Counted from the first letter of the stretch, positions 19,470 through 30,107 are shown. The stretch is DNA of 64,000 nucleotides from Candidatus Gottesmanbacteria bacterium (GCA_023245415.1 JAHFKJ010000002.1:12286-76285); one strand, 5' to 3'. Notes: generated from the sequence alone by a model not told the origin. Translations and numbers: made by a program.

Positions 19470-20519
19470 ATGTTAGATTTTATTTTTGGATTTTTTTCTC
19501 ATGATTTAGCAATTGATTTAGGTACTGCCAATACATTGGTTGCACTGCGCGGTAAAGGAATTGTAGTTCGTGAACCCTCAGTAGTTGCCAGACACAAAAA
19601 AACAAAAAAAATCTTGGCGGTTGGATCAGAGGCTAAGAAGATGATAGGTAAAACGCCAGCTTCGATTGAAGCTATACGGCCACTGCGGCATGGGGTTATT
19701 TCAGATTTTGATGCCACAAGTGCTATGCTTACCTATTATATAAAACAGGTTCATGAAAAACCGCAAAAATTGATACCCAATATCCCACGTCCCAAAGTCA
19801 TCATTGGAATTCCTTCAGGTGTTACGGAAGTAGAACGCAGAGCAGTTCAGGAAGCAGCACTTGACGCCGGAGCCAGAACTGCATATTTAATCGAAGAGCC
19901 GATGGCCGCAGCAATCGGGGCCGGTTTACCTGTTCAGGAATCAAAAGGCTCACTGATAGTGGATATTGGTGGAGGAACTACCGAAATGGCAGTCATTTCT
20001 ATAGGTGGAATAGTCGTTAACCGTTCGGTTCGAGTTGCCGGAGACGAAATGGATCAAGCGATTATTTCTTTTTCCCGGCTCAAACACTCACTGCTTTTAG
20101 GTGAACAGACTGCTGAAGATGTTAAAATAGCCATAGGTTCCGCATTTCAAACCGATGAAAGTCCGCAAACCGTCGTTCGCGGGCGCGATCTGGAAACAGG
20201 TTTACCCAAGTCGATTCGCTTAAATTCGACAGAAATTCGGGAGGCTTTAGCAGACGTGGTTAATCAAATTATATCAGAATTGAAAGATGTAATAGAGGAG
20301 TCTCCGCCGGAGTTTATCGGTGATATCCTGGAACAGGGAATTACGCTGGCGGGTGGGGGATCTCTGCTTCGGGGTATAGATAAACTCATGGCTCAGGAGG
20401 TCAAAATACCCGTATGGAGAAGTGAAGATCCGCAAACTGCAGTTGTCAGAGGAGCCCTAAAATTGTTTGAGGATGATACGCTGCTTCAGCGGGTGAGAGT
20501 CACGGGAGGATTAAAATAA
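19470..20519 (+). CDS. mreB: rod-shape-determining protein MreB
   Basis: Carries DLGTANT, LIEEPMAAAIGAG and DIGGGTTE actin-fold motifs. Confidence 0.85.
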   Translation: MLDFIFGFFSHDLAIDLGTANTLVALRGKGIVVREPSVVARHKKTKKILAVGSEAKKMIGKTPASIEAIRPLRHGVISDFDATSAMLTYYIKQVHEKPQKLIPNIPRPKVIIGIPSGVTEVERRAVQEAALDAGARTAYLIEEPMAAAIGAGLPVQESKGSLIVDIGGGTTEMAVISIGGIVVNRSVRVAGDEMDQAIISFSRLKHSLLLGEQTAEDVKIAIGSAFQTDESPQTVVRGRDLETGLPKSIRLNSTEIREALADVVNQIISELKDVIEESPPEFIGDILEQGITLAGGGSLLRGIDKLMAQEVKIPVWRSEDPQTAVVRGALKLFEDDTLLQRVRVTGGLK

Positions 20520-20690
20520 GATTAAGTATAGAGATTAGCACTTAGATCTTAGAATTTAGAGCTTATAACTTAATGATTAGTTATTAGAGCTTAGATTTTA
20601 GTACTTAGATCTTAGCACATAGAATTTAGCTTTTAGATCTTAGAACTTAGAGATTAAAATTTAGAGATTAGAGATTAGAACTGATGATGA
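20520..20690. repeat. degenerate tandem minisatellite of TTAGA(G/T)CTTAGA-type units
   Basis: tagagattagcacttagatcttagaatttagagcttat...tagatcttagaacttagagattaaaatttagagattagagattagaac. Related short motifs occur at 32096-32140 and 34235-34262. Confidence 0.6.
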
Positions 20691-20691
20691 A

Positions 20692-21330
20692 TTGAGTAAG
20701 AAGTGTACTTTCACTGCAATATTCATGAATAATAAAAACTTTCATTTTTTGGCTACCTGGGTGTCGCGGATTTTCTCGCCTCTAATAATAATTCCCGGAT
20801 ATCTTCTATATGAAATCAAAAGACTAATAATTGGTTTTCCACAGCAGCTTCTAGTATTCCTAGTTATTTTTGGGTTTGGAGTCGTACCAATTTGCATTGC
20901 GCTGATAGTACTTAAAAAAACTCATCATATTACAGACTGGAATATGACTGAAAGAAAAGAAAGACATTTGTTCAATGGAATCACTTTATTCTTTGGATTT
21001 ATTTGCCTAATTTTACTTTCTTTATTTTTTCGAAGAATATTCACTATCGAAATATTTATTATTTTAATTTGGATGACCTTATTTACAGGAACAACGTTTT
21101 TTTGGAAAATTTCTGCCCACACGATCGTTATTACCTATTTGGCTAAAATAGTCGTAGATTCAAATGCTGGAAATTTTGGCTGGATTTACGGTCTGATTCC
21201 ACTCGTAGCCTGGTCACGTGTTTATAATAAGAAACATACATGGGAACAAGTCATTGGTGGAGTAATATTTGCATTTATCACACTGCATGTAACCTATCTA
21301 ATTTTTCATTTTTCAATTATTGATATCTAA
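20692..21330 (+). CDS. integral membrane protein, hypothetical
   Basis: 212 aa with about 6 TM helices. Confidence 0.4.
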   Translation: MSKKCTFTAIFMNNKNFHFLATWVSRIFSPLIIIPGYLLYEIKRLIIGFPQQLLVFLVIFGFGVVPICIALIVLKKTHHITDWNMTERKERHLFNGITLFFGFICLILLSLFFRRIFTIEIFIILIWMTLFTGTTFFWKISAHTIVITYLAKIVVDSNAGNFGWIYGLIPLVAWSRVYNKKHTWEQVIGGVIFAFITLHVTYLIFHFSIIDI

Positions 21331-21384
21331 GAAGCTGTTTGAATACTATTAGAAACAGCTTCACCTGCCTGCCGGTAGGCAGGT
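21331..21384. terminator. tandem hairpins (10-bp stem gaagctgttt/aaacagcttc, then 8-bp GC-rich stem acctgcct/aggcaggt)
   Basis: Perfect inverted repeats immediately 3' of the gene that ends at 21330. Confidence 0.45.
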
Positions 21385-21455
21385 AAGAGCCTGTAAGAAA
21401 TACAAAAATTTGATGAATATTAGAGTTTTCAAACAGGCTCTAACCACAATTTTTC

Positions 21456-23273
21456 ATGATAAAACTCGGCAAAGCGTTTTCGGATAATGTCATTTTGTCG
21501 AAAACCCGGCAGAATAATCCGTCCAAAAAAATATTCGGTTGGGGGATACGGTTGACTTTATTTTATGTTTTTCTGGTTGGCAGTTTCTTTTTACTCACGA
21601 TACGTCTATTTCACTTAACCTTAGTTGAGGGTAAAGATCACCGGGAGTTGTCTGAAGACAACAGAATAAAAACAACCGTAATACACGCTCCTAGAGGTAT
21701 TATTTTTGATCGCCGGGGCATACAGCTCGTTGTCAATATTCCTGCGTACAGGATTAACATCTGTCAGCATGGTCAGAATTGTAAAATGGAATTTAAGACC
21801 CGGGATGACTGGAAAAAAGTTAAAGATACATACCCTCCGGTTTCACTTGAACCGGATTTTTTGCGTGAGTATTCCAGACCCTACTCGTTAGCTCATATAT
21901 TAGGCTATCTCAATGAAATCACAGCCGGGGAAATAAACAATCCCTTCTACGAGTATCAAAGCTATTTGTTAGGCGACCGTTTAGGCAGAATGGGACTTGA
22001 ACAGGAGTATGAAAAAATACTGCGGGGCATTGACGGGAAAGAATTAAATGAAGTTGATTCGCGCGGCCAAGTTATAAGAACACTGGGCAAAGTAGATCCT
22101 GACATGGGAAAGAATTTATATCTGACGCTGGATGCAGATTTGCAGCAGGTAGCTTATGATGCGATGGGTGAGTATGTGGGAGCAGTTATTGTATCAAAAC
22201 CAAAAACCGGAGAAATTCTGGCTTTAGTTTCCACGCCTTCGTTTAATCCCAATAAAATTCACGAAGGCTTAACTGCTCTGCAGTACAAACAGTTGGTAAA
22301 TAGCGCTGACAAGCCTCTTTATAATCGCGCGATTTCAGGAGTGTATCCGCCCGGTTCCACATTTAAAATAATTGCGGCTGCGGGAGCTCTGGAGTCGGGA
22401 AAAATGAAAAGTTCAACTATAGTTGAAGATACGGGGAAATTGACTATAGGCGACTTTAGTTTTAGCAACTGGCTATATACCCAGTATGGTCAGACAGACG
22501 GCCGGGTAAATATGGTGAAGGGAATAGCCAGGAGTAACGATATTTATTTTTATAAATTGGGAGAGAATGTAGGTGTAAAGACGATCGCCGAGTGGGGTAA
22601 GACGTTTGGTATTGGAAGAAAAAGTGGCATTGATTTATTTAATGAATCTGAAGGCGTTATGCCAGATCCCGAGTGGCGAAAAAAGGTCAGGAATGAAGAA
22701 TGGTATTTGGGTGATACGTATCATCTAGCTATTGGTCAGGGGGATTTGGTAGTGACGCCACTTCAAGTTAATTTATGGACTGCTACGATCGCAAATGGCG
22801 GAAAATTATGCAGACCGCATATGTTAAGTCAAAAAAATGATATTAAAAGTGCTCGAATTGAGTGTCAAGATTTACGCCTCAAGTCAGATACAATAGATAT
22901 CATTACCGAGGGTATGCGCCGGGTATGTTTTTCCGGAAGCGAAGTTGAATATTCTGGGACCGCATACCCGTTTTTTAACTTTACTATTAGCAAAGAAGTT
23001 CTCAACAAGAGCCGTGGAGAAACGCAAAAAAAACGTCTGCCTGTCGCTTGTAAAACCGGTACTGCTGAAATCGGCGATCCGCAAAATCGGACTCACGCAT
23101 GGTTCACCGCTTTCGCTCCGCTAAAGAGCGATATTACAAAAAATAGTAGCGTTTCAGCTATTTTAGGCGAGCCGGAAATTGCAGTCACAGTTTTGGTGGA
23201 AAAGGGTGGTGAAGGATCGGCAGTTGCGGCACCGGTGGCAAAAAAGATTTTTGAAGAATGGTTCAAACGTTAA
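21456..23273 (+). CDS. mrdA: penicillin-binding protein 2 (peptidoglycan D,D-transpeptidase)
   Basis: N-terminal TM and PBP dimerisation domain, then a transpeptidase domain with STFK, SND and KTGT motifs. Downstream of mreB. Confidence 0.8.
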   Translation: MIKLGKAFSDNVILSKTRQNNPSKKIFGWGIRLTLFYVFLVGSFFLLTIRLFHLTLVEGKDHRELSEDNRIKTTVIHAPRGIIFDRRGIQLVVNIPAYRINICQHGQNCKMEFKTRDDWKKVKDTYPPVSLEPDFLREYSRPYSLAHILGYLNEITAGEINNPFYEYQSYLLGDRLGRMGLEQEYEKILRGIDGKELNEVDSRGQVIRTLGKVDPDMGKNLYLTLDADLQQVAYDAMGEYVGAVIVSKPKTGEILALVSTPSFNPNKIHEGLTALQYKQLVNSADKPLYNRAISGVYPPGSTFKIIAAAGALESGKMKSSTIVEDTGKLTIGDFSFSNWLYTQYGQTDGRVNMVKGIARSNDIYFYKLGENVGVKTIAEWGKTFGIGRKSGIDLFNESEGVMPDPEWRKKVRNEEWYLGDTYHLAIGQGDLVVTPLQVNLWTATIANGGKLCRPHMLSQKNDIKSARIECQDLRLKSDTIDIITEGMRRVCFSGSEVEYSGTAYPFFNFTISKEVLNKSRGETQKKRLPVACKTGTAEIGDPQNRTHAWFTAFAPLKSDITKNSSVSAILGEPEIAVTVLVEKGGEGSAVAAPVAKKIFEEWFKR

Positions 23274-23274
23274 T

Positions 23275-23715
23275 TTAATTTGTGTTTTTTCTAATACGAA
23301 GTTTTAGTTTATCAAAAAAAAATATACCGCATTTAACGATACCGAGAGTTCCAACAGTTTCATAATACATTTTAAACCATATAAGTTTTGCTCCCAGTTC
23401 TAGGTGAAGCGGATTGAATATAAAAAAAATGGGCATCATAATTTGGATGCTCCAAATCCACTTCCGGCCACCTTTCGCGATTAAAGCAAAAAAAATAAAC
23501 GGCAGGAAAATTAACGGTACCCATCTGCCTAACTGTTTCGTATCAAAATACAGTATATAGCAGCGTAAGATGTTATGAATAAATGAAAATATTTTGTTAT
23601 GAAAGAACCGGCTTACAAGGAAAGGAAACGCAACATCTTTTGATAGTTGGCTGATCGCATTCTCGTATGCGATTTTAAAAATATCAGCTGCAGTGCAGAA
23701 ATTTAATTCTCCCAT
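23275..23715 (-). CDS. hypothetical membrane protein
   Basis: 146-aa ORF whose stop overlaps the start of the upstream glycosyltransferase gene. Hydrophobic segments. Confidence 0.3.
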   Translation of the reverse strand: MGELNFCTAADIFKIAYENAISQLSKDVAFPFLVSRFFHNKIFSFIHNILRCYILYFDTKQLGRWVPLIFLPFIFFALIAKGGRKWIWSIQIMMPIFFIFNPLHLELGAKLIWFKMYYETVGTLGIVKCGIFFFDKLKLRIRKNTN

Positions 23716-25268
23716 ATTTGAAATGCCGGATCGTCACCCGAGTTGTTTACTACTTTTAATAATTTACCAGTCCAGATTTCTACTTGATTTGAAACATACA
23801 GTACTTTCTTATCAATAGGCTTTATGTAAGGATCATTAATGAATGTAAATTTGCCAAAATTTAACTGATAGTTTTTTGCCTTCAAGACTTCGGCTGGAGA
23901 AAAATCATTGTAGAAATATAAAAATGCATACCCTTTTAGCATACTGTTGGTAAAGTTAACAGCATCATATTTATATGAATTATTGAATCCATACTCAACA
24001 ACTTCCTTATATCCGCCGAACCAGTCTGGAGATGTAAGCTTAGGATAATGATGAAAATAAAGGTGTAGAAATAGTGTGCATGCATAGCCTACAGTTAAGC
24101 AAAATATAAGAGTCGCATACCGGATCTTTTTCAAAAATGAGAGTGAAATATATATTCCAAAAGACACAAAAAACGTCAAAGAAATGCTGCCGGTTAAACC
24201 CCGAAGCGCATGCGGGTTCGGAGTGGCTAAAGCTGCCGCCGCAGGAGTTATTAAAAACCAAATAAAATAAATAAAGGCCGCTGTTTGTTTTCGTTTAAGT
24301 CCGACATACATGCCGACGAGAAAAAATGGCAGCTGCCATAGGTAGGTCATACCCATACCTGGAATGGAGTGTCGGCCAATGGAATCACCTGAAAAAAATA
24401 AATAATCAAGCGAAAAATAGGTCAGATAATTTTCTGTCAGGTGTTCGATTTCCCAGATATTGGTTTTGAAGTGGTCATCTTTTATAATGCTTGGCAAATC
24501 GCGGATGAACGATTGGGATTGTGCTCTCGCCAAGCCGTCGACGGAAAAAGCATAAATTATAAAAGGAACTGTCGCGCTACTCAATACTATTATTTTTATA
24601 AACGACCATTTTCGGGAAAAAATTCTGGGCAGCTCTTTAATTTTCCAGACGATTAAAAATAATAGACCCAAAGGTACCGTAATCCGTGCAGTGTGATATG
24701 AATAAAGAGCCAGTATGAAACTGGTTATTCCCCAAAAAAATGTTTTATGTTTGCGGTCAAGATCTAAAATCAGGCAATAAAGACCAATAGTCGTGAAGCA
24801 TCTGGATAATGATGCTTCAAATCCGGCTCGCGTAAAAAGTAAATGCCAGGGTGAGATGGTTAAGAGTAAACCGGCAAGGAGTGCCAGTTTCCAGGATTTG
24901 GAAATATGCTGCGTCAGCAGTATAAATACAGTAATAGTCGTAATTCCAGCCAGAGCTGAAGTTAAACGGACGGCAAATGCTGATTTTCCAAAAACTGCTT
25001 CGGAAATAGTTGTAAGATATATGTAGGCCGGTAGTTTAAAATCTCCAAACGATTCAAAAAAGATGGGCATAAACTTACCGTGTTCGTCTCTTCCGGTTTT
25101 TAAAATTGAGTAGGCATTCCAGCCGATGTCAACTTCATCGACATACAGATCATGAGGTTTGTTCCCCAGGTTATACAGCCGTAAAATCGCAGCAAGAATA
25201 ATAATTAAACAAAAGTATAAGATTATTCGATTAGAGAAATATTTATTGAGACTCATAATATTCTGCAA
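23703..25268 (-). CDS. ArnT/PMT-family (GT83/GT39) membrane glycosyltransferase
   Basis: Polytopic protein. The N-terminal region YNLGNKPHDLYVDEVDIGWNAYSILKTGRDEHG is typical of dolichyl/undecaprenyl-phosphate sugar transferases. Confidence 0.55.
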   Translation of the reverse strand: MQNIMSLNKYFSNRIILYFCLIIILAAILRLYNLGNKPHDLYVDEVDIGWNAYSILKTGRDEHGKFMPIFFESFGDFKLPAYIYLTTISEAVFGKSAFAVRLTSALAGITTITVFILLTQHISKSWKLALLAGLLLTISPWHLLFTRAGFEASLSRCFTTIGLYCLILDLDRKHKTFFWGITSFILALYSYHTARITVPLGLLFLIVWKIKELPRIFSRKWSFIKIIVLSSATVPFIIYAFSVDGLARAQSQSFIRDLPSIIKDDHFKTNIWEIEHLTENYLTYFSLDYLFFSGDSIGRHSIPGMGMTYLWQLPFFLVGMYVGLKRKQTAAFIYFIWFLITPAAAALATPNPHALRGLTGSISLTFFVSFGIYISLSFLKKIRYATLIFCLTVGYACTLFLHLYFHHYPKLTSPDWFGGYKEVVEYGFNNSYKYDAVNFTNSMLKGYAFLYFYNDFSPAEVLKAKNYQLNFGKFTFINDPYIKPIDKKVLYVSNQVEIWTGKLLKVVNNSGDDPAFQIWEN

Positions 25269-25322
25269 TAGATTAACGCTTTAGACATAAATCTACAAGA
25301 GTGACGTGATACAATCTGATGT

Positions 25323-26438
25323 ATGAATGAACGTGACGCATATATTGGGTTTAGCGCCGTTCATGGTATCGGGCCAATCAGGTTTAAACTTCTGGTCGAA
25401 TATTTTGGCACCGCGATAAAATCCTGGGAAGCATCTCCAGCAGATTTAATTAGTATCGGATTTGGTGAAAAGCTTACACAATCGCTAGTCGATTTTCGTA
25501 AACGCTTTAACTGCCAAGATTTCCAAAATAATTTATCCCAAAAAAGTATTAAAATTTCGACCAGAATCGATACGGATTTCCCTCCCAATTTACGTGAGAT
25601 TCCCGATCCGCCTCTGGTTTTATATGTAAAAGGTACCTGGCCGATTGAAAGTAAACGGATGATTGCTGTTGTAGGTACGCGAAAACCAACAGCGTACGGC
25701 AAAGAAATAACGCAAAAACTGACACGTGATTTAACCTTACAAAGGTTTGTAATTGTTTCAGGGCTGGCTCTCGGAATAGATGGAATCGCACATCAGACGA
25801 CGCTTGAATCAGGAGGCGTTACTATTGCTGTATTAGGTTGCGGAGTAGATATTGTGTATCCACCCCAGCATCAGAATTTATACAACGACATTATTAAAAG
25901 AGGCGGGGCAATAATTTCTGAGGTTACTCCCGGTCACACAGTACTTAAAGGGTTATTTCCTGCCCGTAATCGGATCATTTCCGGATTATGTCTAGGGGTC
26001 GTAGTTACTGAAGGAGCAGAAGATTCCGGGTCACTCATTACTGCCCGTTACGCAGCCGAACAAGGAAGAGAAGTATTTGCCGTACCTGGTCCGATTACGA
26101 GTTATTTATCAGTGGGACCCATGAAACTTTTGAAAACTGGTGCGAAAGTGGTTACTGATGTTTGGGATATACTGGAAGAATTTAACATAGAAAATAATGT
26201 TAAAGTCTCAGATCAAACCAATGCATTAGAGCACGGGAAACACTTATTGGAGACGAAAGTGTTGAATCAAGATGAACGGCTAGTTATTACAATAATGTCT
26301 AAAAAGGGGCAGATGCACTATGATGAAATTGTTCGTTTTTCACAGATGCCTTCGTCTCATATCGGGGCGATTTTAATGGGTCTTGAGTTATCTGGTATAA
26401 TCCGCAGTCTTGGAAATGGGACATACTGTTTAATGTAA
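25323..26438 (+). CDS. dprA: DNA processing protein DprA (Smf)
   Basis: Rossmann-like core VSGLALGIDGIAHQ...GTIAVLGCGVDIVYP. Confidence 0.8.
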   Translation: MNERDAYIGFSAVHGIGPIRFKLLVEYFGTAIKSWEASPADLISIGFGEKLTQSLVDFRKRFNCQDFQNNLSQKSIKISTRIDTDFPPNLREIPDPPLVLYVKGTWPIESKRMIAVVGTRKPTAYGKEITQKLTRDLTLQRFVIVSGLALGIDGIAHQTTLESGGVTIAVLGCGVDIVYPPQHQNLYNDIIKRGGAIISEVTPGHTVLKGLFPARNRIISGLCLGVVVTEGAEDSGSLITARYAAEQGREVFAVPGPITSYLSVGPMKLLKTGAKVVTDVWDILEEFNIENNVKVSDQTNALEHGKHLLETKVLNQDERLVITIMSKKGQMHYDEIVRFSQMPSSHIGAILMGLELSGIIRSLGNGTYCLM

Positions 26439-26522
26439 TACATGATTGGTGACAAGCGAATAGTACATATACATTTTTAAGAATTTCTTGTCACTTATCA
26501 CATGTCACGTGTGACTTTTTTT

Positions 26523-28703
26523 ATGAAACTAATTCTTGTTGAATCACCGACAAAGGCACGTACATTAGCCCGATTTTTGGGGAAAAAATATCGGATTGAG
26601 GCGACCTTTGGACATTTACGTGATTTGCCAAAAAGTGAAATGGGAGTCGATGTGGAGCACGATTTTTCGCCAAAATATATAATTTCCCGGGACAAATTGA
26701 AGCGCGTCAAGGAACTCAAAATTCTAGCCGAAAAAGCCGAAACGATTATACTAGCTACCGACCCTGATCGGGAAGGAGAGGCGATATCCTGGCACGTGAA
26801 AGAGATATTAAGTAACTTGGGAAAGAAGAAAAAAGGAAATAAAGATAAAAAGGACATACCTGAATCTAAAATTTCACCGCCAATCAATTTTCAACGAATA
26901 ACTTTTCACGAAATTACTGAAGAAGCAATTCAAGAGGCACTTTTGCATCCCGGGGAAATTAACATGCCCCTTGTTGATGCCCAACAAGCCAGACGAATTT
27001 TGGATAGACTGGTAGGTTATGAATTATCACCGCTATTATGGAAGAAATTGTCCCGGCGTTGGTTGTCAGCGGGTCGGGTGCAATCAGTCGCGGTACGACT
27101 TATTGTTGAACGGGAACGGGAGATTGACCGGTTTGTGAAACAGGAATACTGGGTGATAGAGGGTGAGTTTGAATCAAGTCATCCTGATCCGCCAACTGGC
27201 GGAGAAGGATCTAGCGTTAGCGTTAAAAAAGATAATGACGCTTCGCTAGATTTCTCTGGGGCAAAGTCAAATCGAAATGACAATTATAAAAAAGCCAAGC
27301 TTGTTTCCCTGGATAACGTAAAGTACGAGGTGAGCGAAACTCTTAAACTCTTCGATGGGTCATATACATTTAGTAAAACAACCATTGTCAATTCGCAACA
27401 AGTTGATTTCATCATCCATGATTTCAAAGAGCCATTTACTGTTTCAGCGGTGACAAAAAAGGAAATAAAACGCTATCCGGCTCCTCCCTTTACGACGTCA
27501 GCGATGCAAATTGATGCGGGACGAAAATTGGGTTATAGCACTAAACGTATCATGCAACTGGCCCAGCGTCTATACGAAGATGGTTTGATAACTTATCATC
27601 GAACCGATTCGGTTAATTTGTCGGCTAAATTTTTGGGAGCCTGCAAGAGTTATATCGAACAAGAATATGGCAAACAGTATTCTCATTACCGTACCTATAC
27701 GACCAAATCAAAAACAGCCCAGGAAGCGCATGAGGCAATTCGCCCCACCCAAATATCTCGAATTTCTTTGGATCGGGGTGATGAACGGGAAAGATTGTAT
27801 AGTTTAATTTGGAAACGGGCAGTCGCCTCGCAAGCCGCTGAAGCAGTTTTTGATTCGACCACGATAAATATCAACTCAAACAATGGTTACTTATTTGAAA
27901 CACAAGGATCTGTGATCAAATTTGATGGATATTTAAAAATAGTAGGTTATGACGAAGAAACCATCCTCATCCCGGATGTCAAAGTTGGTGATATTTTACG
28001 GCTTGATACATCTCTACCAGTGCAGAAATTTACGGCGCCACCTCCCCGTTATAGTGAAGCGGCACTCATAAAAGCGTTGGAAGAGGATGGTATCGGTCGG
28101 CCTTCAACTTATGCTCCGACTCTGACAACAATCCAGGAACGGTTATACGTGGAAAAGGAAACAAAAGAAGATGGCCGTAAGGGAAGAAATTTTGTACCGA
28201 CAGAGCTGGGATATTTGGTGATTGATTTTTTAGTCAGGCATTTTCCGGAAATTGTTAAGTTGCCGTTTACGGCAAAAATGGAAGAAGAACTGGATGAAAT
28301 AGCTGCAGGAAAAAGGCAATGGGTACCGCTAATTGCCGAGTTCTATACGCCTTTTGCTAAGCAGCTGGCGCATGTGCGGGAAACAGTGGAAACTTTAGAA
28401 GCACCGGTTGAGAAAACGGGGCTTACGTGTCCTGAGTGTAAACAAGGGGATGAAATCATCAAACAAGGTAGGTTTGGCAAATTTTTGGCCTGTTCCCGCT
28501 TTCCGGATTGTAAATATACCAAAAATTTAATTGAAAAAATCGATGTCAAATGTCCTGAGTGTAATGTGGGAGAAATGGTAGTCAGAAAATCCAAACGCGG
28601 CCGCGTTTTTTATGGCTGTGACCGATATCCCGAGTGTAAATACGCCTCTTGGATCAAACCGAAAGTAATTCCAAAACCGGCTAATCCGGAGGTGTCTATC
28701 TAA
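26523..28703 (+). CDS. topA: DNA topoisomerase I with C-terminal Zn-ribbon repeats
   Basis: Toprim start MKLILVESPTKA, a core catalytic-Tyr region, and three C-terminal CxxC...CxxC zinc ribbons. The likely start is the ATG at 26523, inside the longer ORF that begins at 26502. Confidence 0.9.
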   Translation: MKLILVESPTKARTLARFLGKKYRIEATFGHLRDLPKSEMGVDVEHDFSPKYIISRDKLKRVKELKILAEKAETIILATDPDREGEAISWHVKEILSNLGKKKKGNKDKKDIPESKISPPINFQRITFHEITEEAIQEALLHPGEINMPLVDAQQARRILDRLVGYELSPLLWKKLSRRWLSAGRVQSVAVRLIVEREREIDRFVKQEYWVIEGEFESSHPDPPTGGEGSSVSVKKDNDASLDFSGAKSNRNDNYKKAKLVSLDNVKYEVSETLKLFDGSYTFSKTTIVNSQQVDFIIHDFKEPFTVSAVTKKEIKRYPAPPFTTSAMQIDAGRKLGYSTKRIMQLAQRLYEDGLITYHRTDSVNLSAKFLGACKSYIEQEYGKQYSHYRTYTTKSKTAQEAHEAIRPTQISRISLDRGDERERLYSLIWKRAVASQAAEAVFDSTTININSNNGYLFETQGSVIKFDGYLKIVGYDEETILIPDVKVGDILRLDTSLPVQKFTAPPPRYSEAALIKALEEDGIGRPSTYAPTLTTIQERLYVEKETKEDGRKGRNFVPTELGYLVIDFLVRHFPEIVKLPFTAKMEEELDEIAAGKRQWVPLIAEFYTPFAKQLAHVRETVETLEAPVEKTGLTCPECKQGDEIIKQGRFGKFLACSRFPDCKYTKNLIEKIDVKCPECNVGEMVVRKSKRGRVFYGCDRYPECKYASWIKPKVIPKPANPEVSI

Positions 28704-28704
28704 C

Positions 28705-28725
28705 ACACCCCTGGGGTGTGCATTA
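28705..28725. terminator. hairpin cacaccc-ctg-gggtgtg after topA
   Basis: 7-bp perfect stem followed by a T-rich tract. Placed between convergent genes. Confidence 0.45.
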
Positions 28726-28733
28726 TTTGGGAT

Positions 28734-29120
28734 TTATACTTTTCTGTATACAACGGGTAATCCATCTCCATATCCATATACTAAATGTAGTTCTTGTGGA
28801 TTATGAGCATGTATTGTCATATAAGTTCCGTCAGTTTTTTCTACTCGCGATCCGTATTCATCATTTTCATTAATATGTCTGGTGTATTTTAATTTTCGCT
28901 TTTCTATTTCCTCAGTTGTTAATTCATTAGCATGGTAATACAACACAGGATAACCATAAATGTTATTACCAGAATACTCGTAGTGAAATCGGGGTTTGGC
29001 TGCGCCTTTAAACAAATTTACTCCCCCAAGAGAATAATTTTGGTCTAAAGGGTTTAGATTGTTACGACCCAATCTATATTCTGAATCAATCATATCAATA
29101 TATTGTATCAGCACTGTCAA
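28734..29120 (-). CDS. hypothetical protein
   Basis: 128-aa ORF with no recognisable motif. Confidence 0.3.
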   Translation of the reverse strand: MTVLIQYIDMIDSEYRLGRNNLNPLDQNYSLGGVNLFKGAAKPRFHYEYSGNNIYGYPVLYYHANELTTEEIEKRKLKYTRHINENDEYGSRVEKTDGTYMTIHAHNPQELHLVYGYGDGLPVVYRKV

Positions 29121-29206
29121 ATTTGGCTTGGATATGACAAAGACGCCTGGGTTAGGATATAATTCTTGATGCCGCGAAATTTAAAACAATATTTAAATAC
29201 AGAAAA

Positions 29207-30070
29207 ATGTTTAAAAGAATTGATCAGTCAAAATGGCTGCAGAGTGTAATTCCGCTTATTTTAACTCTTGTGATACTTGCGGCCCTTTCGGCTCTATTGT
29301 ATGTATTTGTAGCATTTTTAAATATTTTGCCAACGGGAACAAAAATTTCTCTCGTTGTTCGACCGGTCGAAGTTTTGGTAGGTATCACTATATATCTCAA
29401 AACCGCGATTGATTTCGCCATTTTTATGGGTCGGCTTATGTCGACTAATCAGGGTTGGAGGAGTCGAGTGGCGATTGAAGTGGGTACAGCTTTGGGAAAT
29501 GCCTTGGGAACGATATTAATCATTGGCATCTGGGTGATTTTTAAAGAAGTGGATTTGCTGTTGGCGTTGATGGTTTTTTTAGCAGCCCTGGTATTGTTTG
29601 AATTGGCTCATGGGGGACTGGAACATATAGAACATTGGGAAAGCGGCAGTAGAATTAAAAAAAGTTCATATTTATTTTTACATCATTTTCTGGATTTCGT
29701 TACCAAAATTACTAAACCAATTTTGTCGAAAATCATGCCGGATCTGGGGGCCAAGTTAACGGGTAGAGATGGACTCACCTGGAAAGCATTATTTGTTTTT
29801 TCCTTAAGCGTGCCGTTTATATTGGGACTTGATGATTTTGCCGGTTATATACCGCTCTTTAATGTCATCAATATCTTGGGATTTAGTCTGGGTGTATTTA
29901 CCGCGCACACGCTTCTTAATATCGCCTTATTTTTGTCGCCATCACGGACGATTGTGGCGGTCAAAAATGAATACATCAGCTTTTTAGGAACCCTAGCCTT
30001 TATCGGTCTGGGATTTTATGGGCTGTATGAGGTATTTCGAATTCTCATACATGTAATAGTAGGGGTATAA
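29207..30070 (+). CDS. integral membrane protein, hypothetical
   Basis: 287 aa, strongly hydrophobic throughout. Confidence 0.4.
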   Translation: MFKRIDQSKWLQSVIPLILTLVILAALSALLYVFVAFLNILPTGTKISLVVRPVEVLVGITIYLKTAIDFAIFMGRLMSTNQGWRSRVAIEVGTALGNALGTILIIGIWVIFKEVDLLLALMVFLAALVLFELAHGGLEHIEHWESGSRIKKSSYLFLHHFLDFVTKITKPILSKIMPDLGAKLTGRDGLTWKALFVFSLSVPFILGLDDFAGYIPLFNVINILGFSLGVFTAHTLLNIALFLSPSRTIVAVKNEYISFLGTLAFIGLGFYGLYEVFRILIHVIVGV

Positions 30071-30107
30071 GTTCATCAGTAATTTCGTACACGAGTTTAG
30101 CGGATTA

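Noticed and set aside
20520-20690. CRISPR array
   Set aside because: The repeats are short (about 11 nt), degenerate and lack regular unique spacers. No cas genes are nearby.
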